NCBI GenBank assembly: GCA_964462545.1
Contig: CAYWXR010000016.1
Location: forward strand, 3,872 to 67,871
DNA from: an uncultured Thermomicrobiales bacterium
GTDB lineage: Bacteria > Chloroflexota > Chloroflexia > Thermomicrobiales > CFX8
Direction of reading: 5' to 3'
DNA: 64,000 bases
Positions 61,723 to 64,000 of the stretch are shown here, piece by piece. Numbering within the stretch: position 1 is the stretch's first letter; each line of letters starts with the position of its first letter. The position numbers and the translations under genes are program-made. The notes below the pieces were generated by a model. The model ran no database searches. It saw only the letters and a list, made by a program, of their open reading frames with translations, and was not told the origin of the DNA.

Positions 61723-63816
61723 ATGAGCTATGGATATGCATACCCGCCGCGTCAGCGATATTCCCGCTGGGATGGAACCCAGAATATCTCGGAATTCACC
61801 GCCGACGACATCATGAACGCCATCTCCGACGACATGCTGAACGATGGCGACCTGCAACGTGCACTGCAACGTCTGTTCCGCTGGGGTATGGAGGGTCAGG
61901 ATGGCCAGCAGATGCCGGGCATCCGCGACCTGATCGAGCGCCTCAAGGGCATGCGCCAGCAGGAACTGAACCGCTACGACATCGGCTCAGTTCTGGAAGA
62001 CCTCAAACAGCGTCTGGAAGACATCCAGGCGATGGAACGTGAGGGAATCCAGCAGCGGGTGGATGCCGGCCGCGAGAAGGTTGCCGAAGCCAAACGCCAG
62101 GCACAGGAACTCGCCGAAAAGGGCATCAACCCGGCTGAGGGCGAAGACCCCGAACAGGCTCAGGCGATGCAGGACATGCTCGAACGCATGGCAGCCCGCA
62201 AGACCCAGGCGCTCAACCAGCTGCCGGATGATCCTGCCGGCCAGATCAAGGCCCTGCAGGAATATGAGTTCATGGACCCCGACGCTCGCGAAGCGTTTCA
62301 GGAACTCATGGAGCAACTCCAGCAACAGGTCCTGCAGCAAACGTTCCAGGGCATGCAGCAATCACTCCAGAGCATGACGCCAGACGACATGGCCGCGCTG
62401 CAGAACATGCTCTCCGATCTGAACCAGATGCTGGAAGACAAGCAGAACGGGATCGAACCGGACTTTGAACGCTTCATGCACAAACACGGCCATTTCTTCG
62501 GGCCAGGTATCAACTCTCTTGAAGACCTGATGGACCATATGGCTCGCCAGATGGCCGCCATGCAATCGCTCATGGATTCCATGACCCCCGAACAACGTCA
62601 GGAACTCTGGGACGCCATGCAATCAGTCATGAACGACCCGGGCGTCCAGGAACAGATGGGCAGGCTTTCCGAAAACCTCAGCCAGATGATGCCGAACAAT
62701 CCCTATGCGCAGGCGTTCCGATTTGGCGGCGGGGAAGAACTCTCGCTCAATGAGGCGCTACGGCTGATGGAACGGCTTCAGGACATGGAATCTGTTGAGG
62801 AGCAGTTACGCGGCGTGCGCGACTGGCGCGATCTGGAAAATGTTGACGACCAGAAGCTGAAGGACCTGCTCGGTGAAGACTTCCAGCAAGATCTCGACCA
62901 ACTGCGGCAATTGACCCAGATGCTCGAGGATGCCGGCTACATCCAGAAAGGCCGGCGCGGCTACGAGATGACCCCGAAAGGTGTCCGCAAGATCGGCCAA
63001 AAAGCACTGACCGATATCTTCCAGCATCTCAAGAAGGACCGCTTCGGCCAGCACAAGGTCGATTTCCAGGGCGTTGGCGGCGAACGCACCGACGACACCA
63101 AGCTCTACGAGTTCGGTGACGCCTTCCTGCTCGATCTGCCGAAAACGATGATGAATTCGGTCCACCGCGAGGGCGTTGGCTCGCCACTGCGGCTCTCACC
63201 GGACGATTTCGAGGTCCACCGCACCGAGCTGATTGCCCAGACAACGACCGTGCTGATGGTCGATATGAGCCGCTCGATGCTCTACAACGGTTGTTTCACC
63301 GCCGCCAAGAAGGTCGCCCTGGCGCTCGATAGCCTGATCCGCACCCAGTTCCCGCGGGATAACCTCTACATCATCGGGTTCTCCTACATCGCAACCGAGT
63401 TGAAGCCGGCCCAGCTACCAACGATCACCTGGGACGAATACAACTACGGCACCAACATGCAGCACGGTCTGATGCTGGCACGCCAGATGCTCAGCCGGCA
63501 CAAGAGCGGCAACAAGCAGGTCATCGTCATCACCGACGGTGAGCCGACCGCCCACTTCGAGGACGGCCAGGTGCAGTTCTCGTATCCACCGACTTACCGG
63601 ACGCTACAGGAAACACTGAAGGAAGTCGTCCGCTGCACCCGCGAGCGAATCACGATCAACACCTTCATGCTCGAACGCAGCCCCTACATGGCCGGCTTCG
63701 TCAGCGAGATCGCCAAGATCAACAAGGGCCGCGCGTTCTTTGCAACACCGGACCACCTCGGCGAATACATCCTGGTGGACTACGTCGCCAATAAGCGGAA
63801 GCACCAGAAGGCATAG
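61723..63816 (+). CDS. large VWA-domain protein (CoxE-like) with Q/E/M-rich coiled-coil N-terminal half
   Basis: The C-terminal VWA domain has intact MIDAS residues (VDMSRSM = DxSxS, GTNMQ, ITDGEPT). The N-terminal ~400 aa are Q/E/M/L-rich helical repeats. Start at the ATG at 61723. Confidence 0.8.
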   Translation: MSYGYAYPPRQRYSRWDGTQNISEFTADDIMNAISDDMLNDGDLQRALQRLFRWGMEGQDGQQMPGIRDLIERLKGMRQQELNRYDIGSVLEDLKQRLEDIQAMEREGIQQRVDAGREKVAEAKRQAQELAEKGINPAEGEDPEQAQAMQDMLERMAARKTQALNQLPDDPAGQIKALQEYEFMDPDAREAFQELMEQLQQQVLQQTFQGMQQSLQSMTPDDMAALQNMLSDLNQMLEDKQNGIEPDFERFMHKHGHFFGPGINSLEDLMDHMARQMAAMQSLMDSMTPEQRQELWDAMQSVMNDPGVQEQMGRLSENLSQMMPNNPYAQAFRFGGGEELSLNEALRLMERLQDMESVEEQLRGVRDWRDLENVDDQKLKDLLGEDFQQDLDQLRQLTQMLEDAGYIQKGRRGYEMTPKGVRKIGQKALTDIFQHLKKDRFGQHKVDFQGVGGERTDDTKLYEFGDAFLLDLPKTMMNSVHREGVGSPLRLSPDDFEVHRTELIAQTTTVLMVDMSRSMLYNGCFTAAKKVALALDSLIRTQFPRDNLYIIGFSYIATELKPAQLPTITWDEYNYGTNMQHGLMLARQMLSRHKSGNKQVIVITDGEPTAHFEDGQVQFSYPPTYRTLQETLKEVVRCTRERITINTFMLERSPYMAGFVSEIAKINKGRAFFATPDHLGEYILVDYVANKRKHQKA

Positions 63817-64000
63817 GATGCAACAGCTTTGAAACCCAGTCGTACGGGGCTGAAACGAGAATCGCGATGCAACTAGCCAGCCTGGCATTCAGCTGGTAAC
63901 GCGGTTGGCCGTCAATACCCCTCATTTCTTACTTACGCCGCTGTGTTGATTCTTGAGTTGCTTGCCCCCCTTCCAAGTTTGCGTCCACAGCATGCTGACA

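Noticed and set aside
1-64000. I looked for CRISPR arrays, tRNA or rRNA genes, IS elements, integrases, phage genes and toxin-antitoxin pairs.
   Set aside because: I saw no direct-repeat/spacer arrays, cloverleaf-like segments in the intergenic gaps, or transposase or recombinase motifs. The only repeats are coding low-complexity linkers, protein-internal repeats and terminator palindromes. A by-eye scan cannot exclude small ncRNAs.

Overview
This is a high-GC (about 60%) segment that looks chromosomal. I call 60 protein-coding genes, tightly packed and often with overlapping start and stop codons. I recognised no rRNA, tRNA, CRISPR array, transposase, integrase or phage genes, so it is not an obvious mobile island. 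The gene content is F420-type luciferase-like oxidoreductases, an LCP protein, a GT87/DUF2029 protein, an ECF42-type sigma factor with DGPF proteins, and lipoprotein-type binding proteins with an AACGDD lipobox and acidic linkers. That content suggests a monoderm Chloroflexota (Thermomicrobia-like) or actinobacterial host; this is inference only.

Housekeeping and metabolic genes:
- ilvD, purE-purK and rpiA.
- A 2-oxoacid dehydrogenase operon (lpd, E1 alpha, E1 beta, E2).
- A Dpp-like ABC importer (binding protein plus two permeases, no ATPase genes).
- Aminotransferase, cyclase and LysR genes, a TPP enzyme, MFS transporters and GNAT acetyltransferases.

Loci most worth a second look:
1. An ECF42-type sigma factor followed by an unusually large string of DGPF/YCII, YdeI and DUF3052 genes, with a candidate TGTCGA-N17-CGAC promoter.
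2. A permease-less ABC-derived module: an ATPase whose Q-loop, signature, Walker B glutamate and H-loop are all substituted, an unknown 297-aa protein, and an orphan binding protein.
3. A ChlI/BchI-like AAA+ protein with non-canonical Walker motifs, paired with a large CoxE-like VWA protein. The pair is split by an opposite-strand HicB-like/DinB fusion gene.
4. An orphan, N-terminally short CpaF/VirB11-like ATPase next to a GT87 membrane protein.
5. An ANT-like nucleotidyltransferase converging on an AAC(3)-like acetyltransferase with a 159-nt overlap. The AAC(3) gene sits 4 nt behind the E2 gene.
6. A 560-bp intergenic region with a perfect TGTGA-N6-TCACA palindrome and a structured leader.

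I cannot show that any of these is truly undescribed. All family assignments come from motif recognition by eye and need HMM or BLAST confirmation.
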